Source: Takakia lepidozioides
Taxonomy: Eukaryota > Plantae > Bryophyta
Assembly: GCA_030704615.1 (NCBI GenBank)
Contig: CM060732.1
Location: 64,480,001-64,544,000, forward strand
Reading direction: 5' to 3'
DNA length: 64,000 nt
Both the position numbers and the translations under genes were made by a program. This document shows, piece by piece, positions 35,864-49,280 of the stretch. Numbering within the stretch: position 1 is the first letter of the stretch; every line of letters starts with the position of its first letter. Below the pieces are notes generated by a model, which saw only the letters and a program-made list of their open reading frames with translations, was not told the origin of the DNA and did not search any database.

Positions 35864-36389
35864 GGTGGAGGACGACTAATTCCGAAGTAGACGGAGCTCG
35901 AAAGTGGAGAGGCCCACGACTCCCGTGGATATCTTTCATCAATACATGACAGACAGTTAAAGGGTCATTGAAGAACAGTTGCTAAAACAGATGTGAAACA
36001 ATTATGTGCTTGCCCACACCCAGTGCCACACCCAGTGCAAAAGACGGCTAAGCCGGAAAATTTGGGATATGTAATGTTTCCAGGCACGTGGGCCCAGACA
36101 TTGCATTCATAGCACGGCTGCCAGAATGGGTGCAGAACCAATGAGAAGTTCTGAACCGCCGGAATGCAAAAATCAACTTGCACATGTATGGACATCGAAT
36201 CCAGGGTATGGCCATACAGACACAAGAGGTGACGGCGTCCAGTGCCAAATGCACAAATTTTTCTGTGCTACGTGGACACGTGTGAGGGGAACCCATGCAT
36301 AACCGTCGCGAGCGTTGCCCTACCTGCATCCCCTCGCACAACGTTTTTGGGCCCAACAGACCCTCATTTTCAAGCTGGAGACTAGAAGG

Positions 36390-36787
36390 AGACTCAGTTC
36401 CCACCGAGAGAGCAGCAGGCGTAGAAGGCAATTTTTTTTTTTTCACCTCAGCGCGAGAGAGGAAGAGGGCGAGAGAGAGAATGAGAGGTTGCAAGCTCGA
36501 GTTGACGCTGCAAGAGATAGCAGAGGAGAGTTCGGCCCTGGATGCAGAACACATGACGACGCAGGACCAGGTGATCGGAGCTGCCGAAGGAGGGGATGAA
36601 ATACCATCAGATAGCGACACAGAGGATATGGACACAGAGGAGCCCGACGCTGTTGCTAAGGAGCCCACGCCAAAGGGGAAGAGTGTTGTTGAGAACGAGG
36701 CGACTCTGAAGAGGAAGCAGGCTGCGCAGACCTCCATTGCCGCTGCAACCAAGGCTTCAGGGAGTGCACCCCCGAAAGCACCGAAGG
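36390..36787 (+). pseudogene. First coding exon of the MULE-2 cargo gene (homologue of the ParB-MTase gene exon 1)
   Basis: SSRRRRQFF/FTSARERKRARERMR aligns to MULE-1 RSKRRRTLYFTSNKQRARAKERMR. Acidic stretch, then donor AAG|GT; frameshift in a poly-T run. Confidence 0.7.
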
Positions 36788-36802
36788 TTATGATCTTCCT
36801 TC

Positions 36803-38869
36803 CTGCTGCAGCACGACTTCAGAAGCCGAGGCTCGTCTGAGGTGTGATCTGGTAGTGTTTCTAGTCTTTCTGATCAGCAAGTCCGCCAGTCTGTTCAAGT
36901 TCAGTTTGTTGCAAATTCGTGATTACTCAGAGACTTCTTCGTGATCCCCTATTTCAGAGAGGCAGAGCTGGAGCTAGAAAATGATCCCTTCGTCAGACAT
37001 CTTCGATGTGTATTTGTTCGTTCTTTGTCTTCATAGAAGCGTCCTACTGGATGGAGTGTTGTCCACTATGTCGAAGCCATTACCAACTGTCTGCCGACAT
37101 ACACTAAACCCTAATTTCTGTTCCCAGATTCCTCCTGGTTTCCTAATACTGAGCTTTGCTTCTAGGAATACTAGTTTCATACTGTTCAATGATCTTCTGC
37201 CAGATTCTGACTAGGTCGGTGGCTTTGCAGGTGATCAGAATGCTTTCTCGTGAAGTGAAGAACGCATATGATCTGCTGGGTGTGACGTCAGATGTTGAAC
37301 CTGCTGTCTTGAAGAAAAAGTGAGTCCCTTCTTGTTTGGATTTAATTTCGTTCTTTGTATCCACTAGTTAACTCCAAAGCATTTCAGACAGATGATTTTT
37401 TATTTATTTAGAGATCACATGATGTCTGATGCTCCCATATCTAACTTGGCCACTTCTTGTTGCAATGGTGCATACTACATTTCCATATTCTAAGCTGCTG
37501 GGTATTTTGTGAATATTCAGGTATTGGAAATTGTCTTTACTAGTGCATCCAGACAAGTGTAAACATCCACAAGCACACAAGGCCTTTATGGTACTAAACA
37601 AGGCATTCAAGGACCTTCAAGATCCCACAAAGGTTAGTGCCTTCATTTCTTTCTTGCCGACCTTCCTTGGTGCTAAGAGCTTGTTCAGTTCTAGGTATGT
37701 GTGTGGTATAGTACTCATGATCCTGTTAGAGGTGGTGAAAGATAACTTTCAGATGTGATGCATGAAGGCTTTTGCCAATAGTAATGTCTGACATGCTGTA
37801 TTTCATGGGTGGATTCAGAGAGCTGAGATTAACCACAAGGTTGCTGAGGAGGTGGCCCGTGAAGAATTTGTGGCTGAAATGCAGGCAAAATGTGATGCTG
37901 CACAATGAGGCGTGTACGAGGTAAACAGAACAGCTACTTTGATATGCCAGTCTCTCTTAGGATTTCCTTTCATGTTGGTTATCAAGATGTGTTTGATCTT
38001 TTGTAAAAATGTACCACTGGTGTAGTCTTATGTTGATTTTTATGTATCTGGGATCTGAGTTTTAATACAGGAATGGTAGAAGAGGGTGATGACGAGTTGC
38101 TAAGAGGTCCTCCGGCAGCGGCTAGAGATGAATGGATGACAAGACTTCCGCCTCAGAGAGAGGTGTGCCTCTCGCGTGGTCATACGAGTGCTTGGACTGA
38201 GACGCCAGCAGAGAAGAAAGAAGGCAAATATGCAGTGAGTTTTTTTGTTTTTTCCTCTTCATTTAGAGTAATATTTTAATATTTCTCTGATTCCCATGAC
38301 TGCTTGTCTCCTCTTGGACAGACTACATTTCAAGATTTATTTCCTTATAAGTGGGTACCAGTATGCTTTTTCCCCATAATTTCATCATTGATATCTCAGT
38401 TTGATAGTAATAGTCTTCCGATTTTTCTTCTTTATCAAGTAAATTGCTTATACAACCTTGGATTGAATTCAGATATTTGGATGCCCTTAAGCAAGCTGCT
38501 TTCACAAATGATCCAGCTGACAAGTTTGAAGAGCGCGAGAAGGAGAGAGCAAGAAAAGAGGCGCAGATTATGGACTCGTATAACTCACACAAGAGGTCTC
38601 AGTCACTTATGGAGAAACATAATGTTGAGAGGTCGGCAGGTGGTAAGAAGAAAAGCAAGACAGCTGAGAAGCAGGCTGGCTTCCGGACTCGAGGAGCTAG
38701 CGTTAAGGAGCCGGATTGGAAGGTGAATCGCCCCTGGAAACCGTGGGATAGAGAGACAGATTTAGCAGCTGGAAAAAGACCTGTGAAGTTGGACCCCAAG
38801 AATTTCAAGGAAGCATTGTCATATAGGTTTGGGGGCTGTACAAACAACGAGACTAGGAAGTTTTTGTAA
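36803..38869 (+). pseudogene. DnaJ-domain / DUF3752-type gene, 5'-truncated inverted copy
   Basis: [20 protein letters not shown] (HPD motif), RDEWMTRLPP, WKPWDRETDL. Frameshift at CAATGAGG (about 37905); deletion at about 36993. Confidence 0.85.
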
Positions 38870-39824
38870 GAATTGTAGCCTTAGCAGCACTAGGGTAGAA
38901 GCAACCCACAATCAACTACAAACCCTGAACTAACATGGTACAGGATTTTACTGACTGACATTACCAACATGGCATTGCACCAAACTAATCATGGAGTATA
39001 AAGATCGATCTTGTATAGTATTCTGGCGTGAATGCGTCAAACCAATTGGTTAAGGGTCGAGAGGTTGTCATCTGCTCAATTGCTTGGAAGACTTGGGACG
39101 ATAGGATCTAGGTGCAATCAGTTGGGCATATAATCCCGCAATGCTTGGGCCCTAAACAGCCAGCCACTACAACCATAGAACTACAATTCACTTCAAGTAA
39201 AACTCTTAGGTCGAGAGCCCCATGTAAACATGCCAAACTGGGTAAATGAGTTGGGGTACATAGTAAGGAAACATATTTACCTGTCTAAACGTCTAAACCT
39301 TGCAATTAATGGTACAAATGAATCTAAGTATGGCATGAATCACTTTGTCCAATTTTACTTTAATCTACTGGTGCACAAAATTATACTTTTATAACCAATG
39401 ATATAGTTGTAAGAAATGAAACCTCGTTAGGGCAACTAATACATTCATTCATTAATCATTAGTTTACATATCACCACAGTGCTGGTATGTGTTCCTCCAG
39501 TGGTATTCATAATCAAGTACACATCGCTCTATATGCAAAGACTGTGACAGTAGGCAAACACACACAATTTTCCAATCCACTAAGTAGTAGTAGATCAATC
39601 ATTTATATATCCCAGTAAGAGTGGTACGTACTCCTCCAGTTGCATTCTTAATCACTTCTTGGGGGGCTCACTCCCCGTATTTTCAAAACCCGCGTGATAA
39701 CAAATATAGGGTGTAGTTTATTTTTTTGAGGTAAATTTTAGAGAAAAGTTTTATTTAAAAAATATGGTTAGGCAATATCCTTTCATCCATTTTTTTTAAA
39801 AAATGTCACAAAAAATCCAAAGTT

Positions 39825-41085
39825 TTACTTAAAAGCGCCCCGAGGTTGAGTGCGGATGTTCATATTTGTTCTCCATGAATTGCCGTCGCCTCCGGGCATG
39901 TCCTCAATTCTTCTCTTCACCGGCCGGCTGCGGACATCGCCCTCCAGGCAGTTCCCCCGAGTGTGTAACGGCGTTGACCTTATTGTTTCCCACAATGCAG
40001 CAGTCCATTTTTTGGGGTCGGTTGAACGATGCGTCGCCCTCATCAGCATCTCATGTCTGTCTGGTCCGATACCCCATTGCTTTCCTCCCAGAAATTGGTA
40101 GTAACCAGATTGTTGCATGATGGCCCTCACAATATCTTCTGTTGTTGCTGTCAACATGTCAACGAGATGTGCCGCAGAGGAAGCAAGCCAGGAAGAGTGC
40201 ACCGATTCGGCCATGTTTGTCGTCGGCATATCCATGTCATCCTCCAAGCTCATGTCCTGTTGAAGGAAATTAGAAATGTCACTCATTGTGAAGAATGTCC
40301 AAGCACAAAACAGAACAATTATCAAGTACAGAAATGTGTTATCTGTCTCATGTAGTCTCCAAACTGCCGGAATCTATAGTGTCACCACGCAAGCCACATT
40401 TGCAGTTCTGGCTGATCTTTCACATCCACTGCCCCTGAAGACACCTAGCAGGCGCGTATGGTTGCAAACTCGGTCTCCGCCTCGTCGATGGAATTCGCAT
40501 TTTTCCACGCAAGGCACATACTGATATGATCTTGCCGGTGGCGTGACGCCACGAACCTTTTCGTGTTTTGCGTCAAACTCTGCTTGAAGTGAAACCCGCA
40601 AGATCTCTCTTTACCTTCCATTAGAGTCTTTGGGTCGTCCCCATATACCCTTCTCACTGCAGCCCAGTTCGCCTGGGTATTGTCAGCCATGAAGCCCCTA
40701 AAATCAGGAGGGGGCAACTTCGCTCTCGCCATTTGCTCATTAATTCCGCGCCACATATGTAACTCCGAATCTGTGTCTTCTCTTTTCATTTTGCAGATAG
40801 CAATGGTCATCAACTTTCTGCAATGTGGGTCGTATACATGTGCCCCCATTGTCACCCAATCGTGGTTGGTAATTCGCCTGATGTGGTCGAACATGACCCA
40901 ACAATTTGAGAGGTCTCCACTGGTCATCCGCTTCACCAAATCGACACCGCTCCCCGGTCCGCACGTTGACATTTTAAATATGAAGCACCTGTCCGTCTCT
41001 GAGCCTTGACCAGGAAAGAAGCTGCCCTAGATGAAGTCGTAGCCGCATGTGCGCTTCACTTCCAAGATGGAGTGCATGTCTGCTG
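39825..41085 (-). pseudogene. MULE-3 transposase DDE segment (left arm)
   Basis: FKMSTCGPGSGVDLVKRM, VMFDHIRR, FMADNTQANW, ERSCGFHF, TTNMAESVHSSW. In-frame TAG stops; SWIM region lost. Confidence 0.88.
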
Positions 41086-41186
41086 GATACATAATCCTCC
41101 AAAAAATGATTGTGGTATTATGTAGGACACACTTTTCTCATTGCAGGACTTCGCTGCGGAGCCTACCCAGAGTTGTTGTCTTCAAC

Positions 41187-42593
41187 ATGGACTCTCGTGT
41201 TTGGGTAAACGTGTACTTCCATCCTGATTCTCTGAAAGCTAAAATGCCCTGCGACCAAGGATTTGCGATTGTTACTGAGCAGTACTTGTGTGTGAAGTTC
41301 GGGCTCCGCCCGGGTACGGTGTTTTTGGAAAAGAGACGAAGGATGTTTATGGGAATTTTCTGGAAAGTGCCGTCATTCTGCATGCAGATTTCGGAAAGGG
41401 CAAAGAATGGCGGCTCCCAGCTTCTGAATCCATCCGGTACAGTGCAATTGGTGAAATCGTGCCTAAAGAGTTCTCACGCTGGAACTTGGTTGATCCTCCT
41501 TCCACAAGAGGGTCTGGCGTGCAAGATGTGAAGTCAGCCATGAGGGATGTGGGCACCTCTTCATAAGCAGAGAAGCCCAAACATGTGAAAAAAGAAATCG
41601 AGGATTTGCCGCTCCATAGCTCGTCGGTGGGTGCACTTTCCAGGGAAACAGTCGTCCACAACTTATCCAGTGACGATGAAGACTGTATGGTCCTTCCATC
41701 GTATGTTTCGAAGTCGTCCGTCAGTATGAGTGTGCAGATGTCGGCAGACAATGAGCACACACCCTCGGACTCAACTCCCGTCCGCTCAGTAATCGACATA
41801 TTGCGGAGGATGACGACAGCGGGTTCCCGCTCCAGTGATCTTCTTAGGCTTGATTACGACAAAACTCCAATCCATTCTGTGGAAACTTTGCCTGAAGTTG
41901 TGGATAGGAATGCTATCTACGAGTTCCCTCCAGTGCCACCAGGCGCAGGCCCAGACGGAATGCTGGCAGGAATGAACAAGAAACATGACGGCCACCCATG
42001 GTGTGTCACCAAAACTTCATCGTCCAATCTGGATGATGGAGTTCGAGTCAGATATGTATTGTGTGCTGGACATCTTAAATGTTTCTCGAGCACATGTTAT
42101 CACTACACGAGCAAAGGCACCCGGAATGAGACAGACTGGATTGGCAATTCGTCGACCCTATTTTGGCCTCAAGGTAGAGTTCCTACAGGGACTTTCAAGT
42201 ATGCCCATTGCAACGCAACCCCTATATGCATGGCAGTGTGCAACGCCAAGCAGTACTACGTCGGGACCGTCGGCCCAGCGTGCACCAGAGCATGCATTCA
42301 CATCGGAAAGCATGACCACCCCGTCGCCAGAGGCAATTGCAGAGTCGCTTTTCAACAAGCCCACGATATTATCAAGGAGGAGGTGAGGTTGAGGCCGGGA
42401 GCAAAACCAAAGCAGATACAGTTCGCATCCGCACATAGAATTGCAATAGGCAGAATAATGTCGGAGGATGGAAGCACAAGAAAGAAGCTAGGCGAGGGGG
42501 ACATGAAGAAGCTGCTGGAAGCTGTCTCCCATGTGTGTAGCCCCAATGTCAGGAACCACATTGTCTGCTGCAAGAAACGAATCGGAAGAGATC
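41187..42593 (+). pseudogene. MULE-3 transposase N-terminal/GCM-like segment (left arm), inverted relative to its DDE segment
   Basis: GFAIVTEQYL...EWRLP, KKHDGHPWCVTKTS, CAGHLKC, CIHIGKHDHP; homologous to the MULE-1/2 N-termini. Confidence 0.88.
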
Positions 42594-42709
42594 ATTGCAG
42601 GTATGGATGAAGGTGTGTAACGTACGTCACAAATACGGACGACTACTGGAAATTGGGTGCCTGAATTGTGATGTACCACCAGTTGGGCTACAATAAATCA
42701 GGTCTTCTC

Positions 42710-43232
42710 ATGATTTCGGCACCGAAATCCGGATGAACATCTCTGTCATGTAACAGATATAGAAGCCACGGGATGAATTTCGCCGACAGAATTTCGGGAT
42801 TAGTTCACCTCATGAAACTGAGCTAGCACCCAACGGATGGATTTCGGTGCCGAAATTCGGATGAACATGTTCTTCATGAAATTATTTCTGCACATAAAGG
42901 ATGAATTTCGGCGCCGAAATACGGATGAATGTGTTTCTCAGTAGAGTCATGATTCACCACGTGTACGGATTTCGGTGCCGAAATCCAGATGACAGTAACC
43001 CTGAATGGACAGTAGGGATGAATTTCGGCGCCGAAATTCATCCTTTATGTGCAGAAATAATTTCATGAAGAACATGTTCATCCGAATTTCGGCACCGAAA
43101 TCCATCCGTTGGGTGCTAGCTCAGTTTCATGAGGTGAACTAATCCCGAAATTCTGTCGGCGAAATTCATCCCGTGGCTTCTATATCTGTTACATGACAGA
43201 GATGTTCATCCGGATTTCGGTGCCGAAATCAT
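42710..43232. repeat. MULE-3 palindrome array ATTTCGG(C/T)GCCGAAAT
   Basis: Copies at about 42713, 42776 (degenerate), 42841, 42905, 42969 and 43022, plus mirror copies; associated GGATGAA motifs. Confidence 0.9.
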
Positions 43233-43348
43233 GAGAAGACCTGATTTATTGTAGCCCAACTGGTGGTACATCACAATTCAGGCACCCAATTTCCAGTAGT
43301 CGTCCGTATTTGTGACGTACGTTACACACCTTCATCCATACCTGCAAT

Positions 43349-44755
43349 GATCTCTTCCGATTCGTTTCTTGCAGCAGACAATGTGGTTCCTGACATTGGG
43401 GCTACACACATGGGAGACAGCTTCCAGCAGCTTCTTCATGTCCCCCTCGCCTAGCTTCTTTCTTGTGCTTCCATCCTCCGACATTATTCTGCCTATTGCA
43501 ATTCTATGTGCGGATGCGAACTGTATCTGCTTTGGTTTTGCTCCCGGCCTCAACCTCACCTCCTCCTTGATAATATCGTGGGCTTGTTGAAAAGCGACTC
43601 TGCAATTGCCTCTGGCGACGGGGTGGTCATGCTTTCCGATGTGAATGCATGCTCTGGTGCACGCTGGGCCGACGGTCCCGACGTAGTACTGCTTGGCGTT
43701 GCACACTGCCATGCATATAGGGGTTGCGTTGCAATGGGCATACTTGAAAGTCCCTGTAGGAACTCTACCTTGAGGCCAAAATAGGGTCGACAAATTGCCA
43801 ATCCAGTCTGTCTCATTCCGGGTGCCTTTGCTCGTGTAGTGATAACATGCGCTCGAGAAACATTTAAGATGTCCAGCACACAATACATATCTGACTCGAA
43901 CTCCATCATCCAGATTGGACGATGAAGTTTTGGTGACACACCATGGGTGGCCGTCATGTTTCTTGTTCATTCCTGCCAGCATTCCGTCTGGGCCTGCGCC
44001 TGGTGGCACTGGAGGGAACTCGTAGATAGCATTCCCATCCACAACTTCAGGCAAAGTTTCCACAGAATGGATTGGAGTTTTGTCGTAATCAAGCCTAAGA
44101 AGATCACTGGAGCGGGAACCCGCTGTCGTCATCCTCCGCAATATGTCAATTACTGAGCGGACGGGAGTTGAGTCCGAGGGTGTGTGCTCATTGTCTGCCG
44201 ACATCTGCACACTCATACTGACGGACGACTTCGAAACATACGATGGAAGGACCATACAGTCTTCATCGTCACTGGATAAGTTGTGGACGACTGTTTCCCT
44301 GGAAAGTGCACCCACCGACGAGCTATGGAGCGGCAAATCCTCGATTTCTTTTTTCACATGTTTGGGCTTCTCTGCTTATGAAGAGGTGCCCACATCCCTC
44401 ATGGCTGACTTCACATCTTGCACGCCAGACCCTCTTGTGGAAGGAGGATCAACCAAGTTCCAGCGTGAGAACTCTTTAGGCACGATTTCACCAATTGCAC
44501 TGTACCGGATGGATTCAGAAGCTGGGAGCCGCCATTCTTTGCCCTTTCCGAAATCTGCATGCAGAATGACGGCACTTTCCAGAAAATTCCCATAAACATC
44601 CTTCGTCTCTTTTCCAAAAACACCGTACCCGGGCGGAGCCCGAACTTCACACACAAGTACTGCTCAGTAACAATCGCAAATCCTTGGTCGCAGGGCATTT
44701 TAGCTTTCAGAGAATCAGGATGGAAGTACACGTTTACCCAAACACGAGAGTCCAT
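43349..44755 (-). pseudogene. MULE-3 transposase N-terminal segment (right arm)
   Basis: Mirror of 41187-42593. Confidence 0.88.
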
Positions 44756-44856
44756 GTTGAAGACAACAACTCTGGGTAGGCTCCGCAGCGAAGTCCTGCA
44801 ATGAGAAAAGTGTGTCCTACATAATACCACAATCATTTTTTGGAGGATTATGTATC

Positions 44857-46117
44857 CAGCAGACATGCACTCCATCTTGGAAGTGAAGCGCACATGCGGC
44901 TACGACTTCATCTAGGGCAGCTTCTTTCCTGGTCAAGGCTCAGAGACGGACAGGTGCTTCATATTTAAGATGTCAACGTGCGGACCGGGGAGCGGTGTCG
45001 ATTTGGTGAAGCGGATGACCAGTGGAGACCTCTCAAATTGTTGGGTCATGTTCGACCACATCAGGCGAATTACCAACCACGATTGGGTGACAATGGGGGC
45101 ACATGTATACGACCCACATTGCAGAAAGTTGATGACCATTGCTATCTGCAAAATGAAAAGAGAAGACACAGATTCGGAGTTACATATGTGGCGCGGAATT
45201 AATGAGCAAATGGCGAGAGCGAAGTTGCCCCCTCCCGATTTTAGGGGCTTCATGGCTGACAATACCCAGGCGAACTGGGCTGCAGTGAGAAGGGTATATG
45301 GGGACGACCCAAAGACTCTAATGGAAGGTAAAGAGAGATCTTGCGGGTTTCACTTCAAGCAGAGTTTGACGCAAAACACGAAAAGGTTCGTGGCGTCACG
45401 CCACCGGCAAGATCATATCAGTATGTGCCTTGCGTGGAAAAATGCGAATTCCATCGACGAGGCGGAGACCGAGTTTGCAACCATACGCGCCTGCTAGGTG
45501 TCTTCAGGGGCAGTGGATGTGAAAGATCAGCCAGAACTGCAAATGTGGCTTGCGTGGTGACACTATAGATTCCGGCAGTTTGGAGACTACATGAGACAGA
45601 TAACACATTTCTGTACTTGATAATTGTTCTGTTTTGTGCTTGGACATTCTTCACAATGAGTGACATTTCTAATTTCCTTCAACAGGACATGAGCTTGGAG
45701 GATGACATGGATATGCCGACGACAAACATGGCCGAATCGGTGCACTCTTCCTGGCGTGCTTCCTCTGCGGCACATCTCGTTGACATGTTGACAGCAACAA
45801 CAGAAGATATTGTGAGGGCCATCATGCAACAATCTGGTTACTACCAATTTCTGGGAGGAAAGCAATGGGGTATCGGACCAGACAGACATGAGATGCTGAT
45901 GAGGGCGACGCATCGTTCAACCGACCCCAAAAAATGGACTGCTGCATTGTGGGAAACAATAAGGTCAACGCCGTTACACACTCGGGGGAACTGCCTGGAG
46001 GGCGATGTCCGCAGCCGGCCGGTGAAGAGAAGAATTGAGGACATGCCCGGAGGCGACGGCAATTCATGGAGAACAAATATGAACATCCGCACTCAACCTC
46101 GGGGCGCTTTTAAGTAA
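44857..46117 (+). pseudogene. MULE-3 transposase DDE segment (right arm)
   Basis: Mirror of 39825-41085. Confidence 0.88.
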
Positions 46118-47071
46118 AACTTTGGATTTTTTGTGACATTTTTTAAAAAAAATGGATGAAAGGATATTGCCTAACCATATTTTTTAAATAAAACTTTTCT
46201 CTAAAATTTACCTCAAAAAAATAAACTACACCCTATATTTGTTATCACGCGGGTTTTGAAAATACGGGGAGTGAGCCCCCCAAGAAGTGATTAAGAATGC
46301 AACTGGAGGAGTACGTACCACTCTTACTGGGATATATAAATGATTGATCTACTACTACTTAGTGGATTGGAAAATTGTGTGTGTTTGCCTACTGTCACAG
46401 TCTTTGCATATAGAGCGATGTGTACTTGATTATGAATACCACTGGAGGAACACATACCAGCACTGTGGTGATATGTAAACTAATGATTAATGAATGAATG
46501 TATTAGTTGCCCTAACGAGGTTTCATTTCTTACAACTATATCATTGGTTATAAAAGTATAATTTTGTGCACCAGTAGATTAAAGTAAAATTGGACAAAGT
46601 GATTCATGCCATACTTAGATTCATTTGTACCATTAATTGCAAGGTTTCGACGTTTAGACAGGTAAATATGTTTCCTTACTATGTACCCCAACTCATTTAC
46701 CCAGTTTGGCATGTTTACATGGGGCTCTCGACCTAAGAGTTTTACTTGAAGTGAATTGTAGTTCTATGGTTGTAGTGGCTGGCTGTTTAGGGCCCAAGCA
46801 TTGCGGGATTATACGCCCAACTGATTGCACCTAGATCCTATCGTCCCAAGTCTTACAAGCAAATGAGCAGATGACAACCTCTCGCCCTTAACCAATTGGT
46901 TTGACGCATTCACGCCAGAATACTATACAAGATCGATCTTTATACTCCATGATTAGTTTGGTGCAATGCCATGTTGGTAATGTCAGTCAGTAAAATCCTG
47001 TACCATGTTAGTTCAGGGTTTGTAGTTGATTGTGGGTTGCTTCTACCCTAGTGCTGCTAAGGCTACAATTC

Positions 47072-49280
47072 TTACAAAAACTTCCTAGTCTCGTTGTTTG
47101 TACAGCCCCCAAACCTATATGACAATGCTTCCTTGAAATTCTTGGGGTCCAACTTCACAGGTCTTTTTCCAGCTGCTAAATCTGTCTCTCTATCCCACGG
47201 TTTCCAGGGGCGATTCACCTTCCAATCCGGCTCCTTAACGCTAGCTCCTCGAGTCCGGAAGCCAGCCTGCTTCTCAGCTGTCTTGCTTTTCTTCTTACCA
47301 CCTGCCGACCTCTCAACATTATGTTTCTCCATAAGTGACTGAGACCTCTTGTGTGAGTTATACGAGTCCATAATCTGCGCCTCTTTTCTTGCTCTCTCCT
47401 TCTCGCGCTCTTCAAACTTGTCAGCTGGATCATTTGTGAAAGCAGCTTGCTTAAGGGCATCCAAATATCTGAATTCAATCCAAGGTTGTATAAGCAATTT
47501 ACTTGATAAAGAAGAAAAATCGGAAGACTATTACTATCAAACTGAGATATCAATGATGAAATTATGGGGAAAAAGCATCCTGGTACCCACTTATAAGGAA
47601 ATAAATCTTGAAATGTAGTCTGTCCAAGAGGAGACAAGCAGTCATGGGAATCCGAGAAATATTAAAATATTACTCTAAATGAAGAGGAAAAAACAAAAAA
47701 ACTCACTACATATTTGCCTTCTGAGCCTTGTCTGCTGGCGTCTCAGTCTAAGCACTCGTATGACCACGCGAGAGGCACACCTCTCTCTGAGGCGGAAGTC
47801 TTGTCATCCATTCATCTCTAGCCGCTGCCGGAGGACCTCTTAGCAACTCGTCATCACCCTCTTCTACCATTCCTGTATTAAAACTCAGATCCCAGATACA
47901 TAAAAATCAACATAAGACTACACCAGTGGTACATTTTTACAAAAGATCAAACACATCTTGATAACCAACATGAAAGGAAATCCTAAGAGAGACTGGCATA
48001 TCAAAGTAGCTGTTCTGTTTACCTCGTACACGCCTCATTGTGCAGCATCACATTTTGCCTGCATTTCAGCCACAAATTCTTCACGGGCCACCTCCTCAGC
48101 AACCTTGTGGTTAATCTCAGCTCTCTGAATCCACCCATGAAATACAGCATGTCAGACATTACTATTGGCAAAAGCCTTCATGCATCACATCTGAAAGTTA
48201 TCTTTCACCACCTCTAACAGGATCATGAGTACTATACCACACACATACCTAGAACTGAACAAGCTCTTAGCACCAAGGAAGGTCGGCAAGAAAGAAATGA
48301 AGGCACTAACCTTTGTGGGATCTTGAAGGTCCTTGAATGCCTTGTTTAGTACCATAAAGGCCTTGTGTGCTTGTGGATGTTTACACTTGTCTGGATGCAC
48401 TAGTAAAGACAATTTCCAGTACCTGAATATTCACAAAATACCCAGCAGCTTAGAATATGGAAATGTAGTATGCACCATTGCAACAAGAAGTGGCCAAGTT
48501 AGATATGGGAGCATCAGACATCATGTGATCTCAAAAAAAAAAAAAATCATCTGTCTGAAATGCTTTGGAGTTAACTAGTGGATACAAAGAACGAAATTAA
48601 ATCCAAACAAGAAGGGACTCACTTTTTCTTCAAGACAGCAGGTTCAACATCTGACTTCACACCCAGCAGATCATATGCGTTCTTCACTTCACGAGAAAGC
48701 ATTCTGATCACCCGCAAAGCCACCGACCTAGTCAGAATCTGGCAGAAGATCATTGAACAGTATGAAACTAGTATTCCTAGAAGCAAAGCTCAGTATTAGG
48801 AAACCAGGAGGAATCTGGGAACAGAAATTAGGGTTTAGTGTATGTCGGCAGACAGTTGGTAATGGCTTCGACATAGTGGACAACACTCCATCCAGTAGGA
48901 CGCTTCTATGAAGACAAAGAACGAACAAATACACATCGAAGATGTCTAACAGGTTTTGTTATAAGCAATACCTCTTCAATTCGTTCAGCGTTATTAGCGT
49001 ATGCAGCCTCCGCCACCACTGTTGGACGAGCAGGTCCGACGAAGGGATCATTTTCTAGCTCCAGCTCTGCCTCTCTGAAAAAGGGGATCACGAAGAAGTC
49101 TCTGAGTAATCACGAATTTGCAACAAACTGAACTTGAACAGACTGGCGGACTTGCTGATCAGAAAGACTAGAAACACTACCAGATCACACCTCAGACGAG
49201 CCTCGGCTTCTGAAGTCGTGCTGCAGCAGCTAACATGTCAGCAGATGGCATTGCTGGACCAATGCCCCTGTTCCTCAGAA
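47072..49280 (-). pseudogene. DnaJ-domain / DUF3752-type gene, longer (parental) copy, disabled
   Basis: GIGPAMPSADMLAAAARL, REAELELENDPFVGPARPTVVAEAAYANNAERIEEV, HPDKC, C-terminal PWDRETDL. Shares the CAATGAGG frameshift with the left copy. Confidence 0.85.

Larger units (their letters stand above)
31972..36802. mobile_element. MULE-2: relative of MULE-1, truncated within its cargo gene
   Basis: Terminus CAATGACGCTACCGCGTGAGC matches the reverse complement of the MULE-1 right end. It has GTGAGC repeats, a transposase and a divergent first exon. Confidence 0.88.
36803..49229. repeat. Giant inverted repeat: arms 36803-42920 and 43022-49229, 101-bp spacer
   Basis: Mirror-image ORFs (coordinate sum 85942). 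Arms differ by scattered SNPs and an ~87-bp deletion in the left arm at about 36993. Confidence 0.97.
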
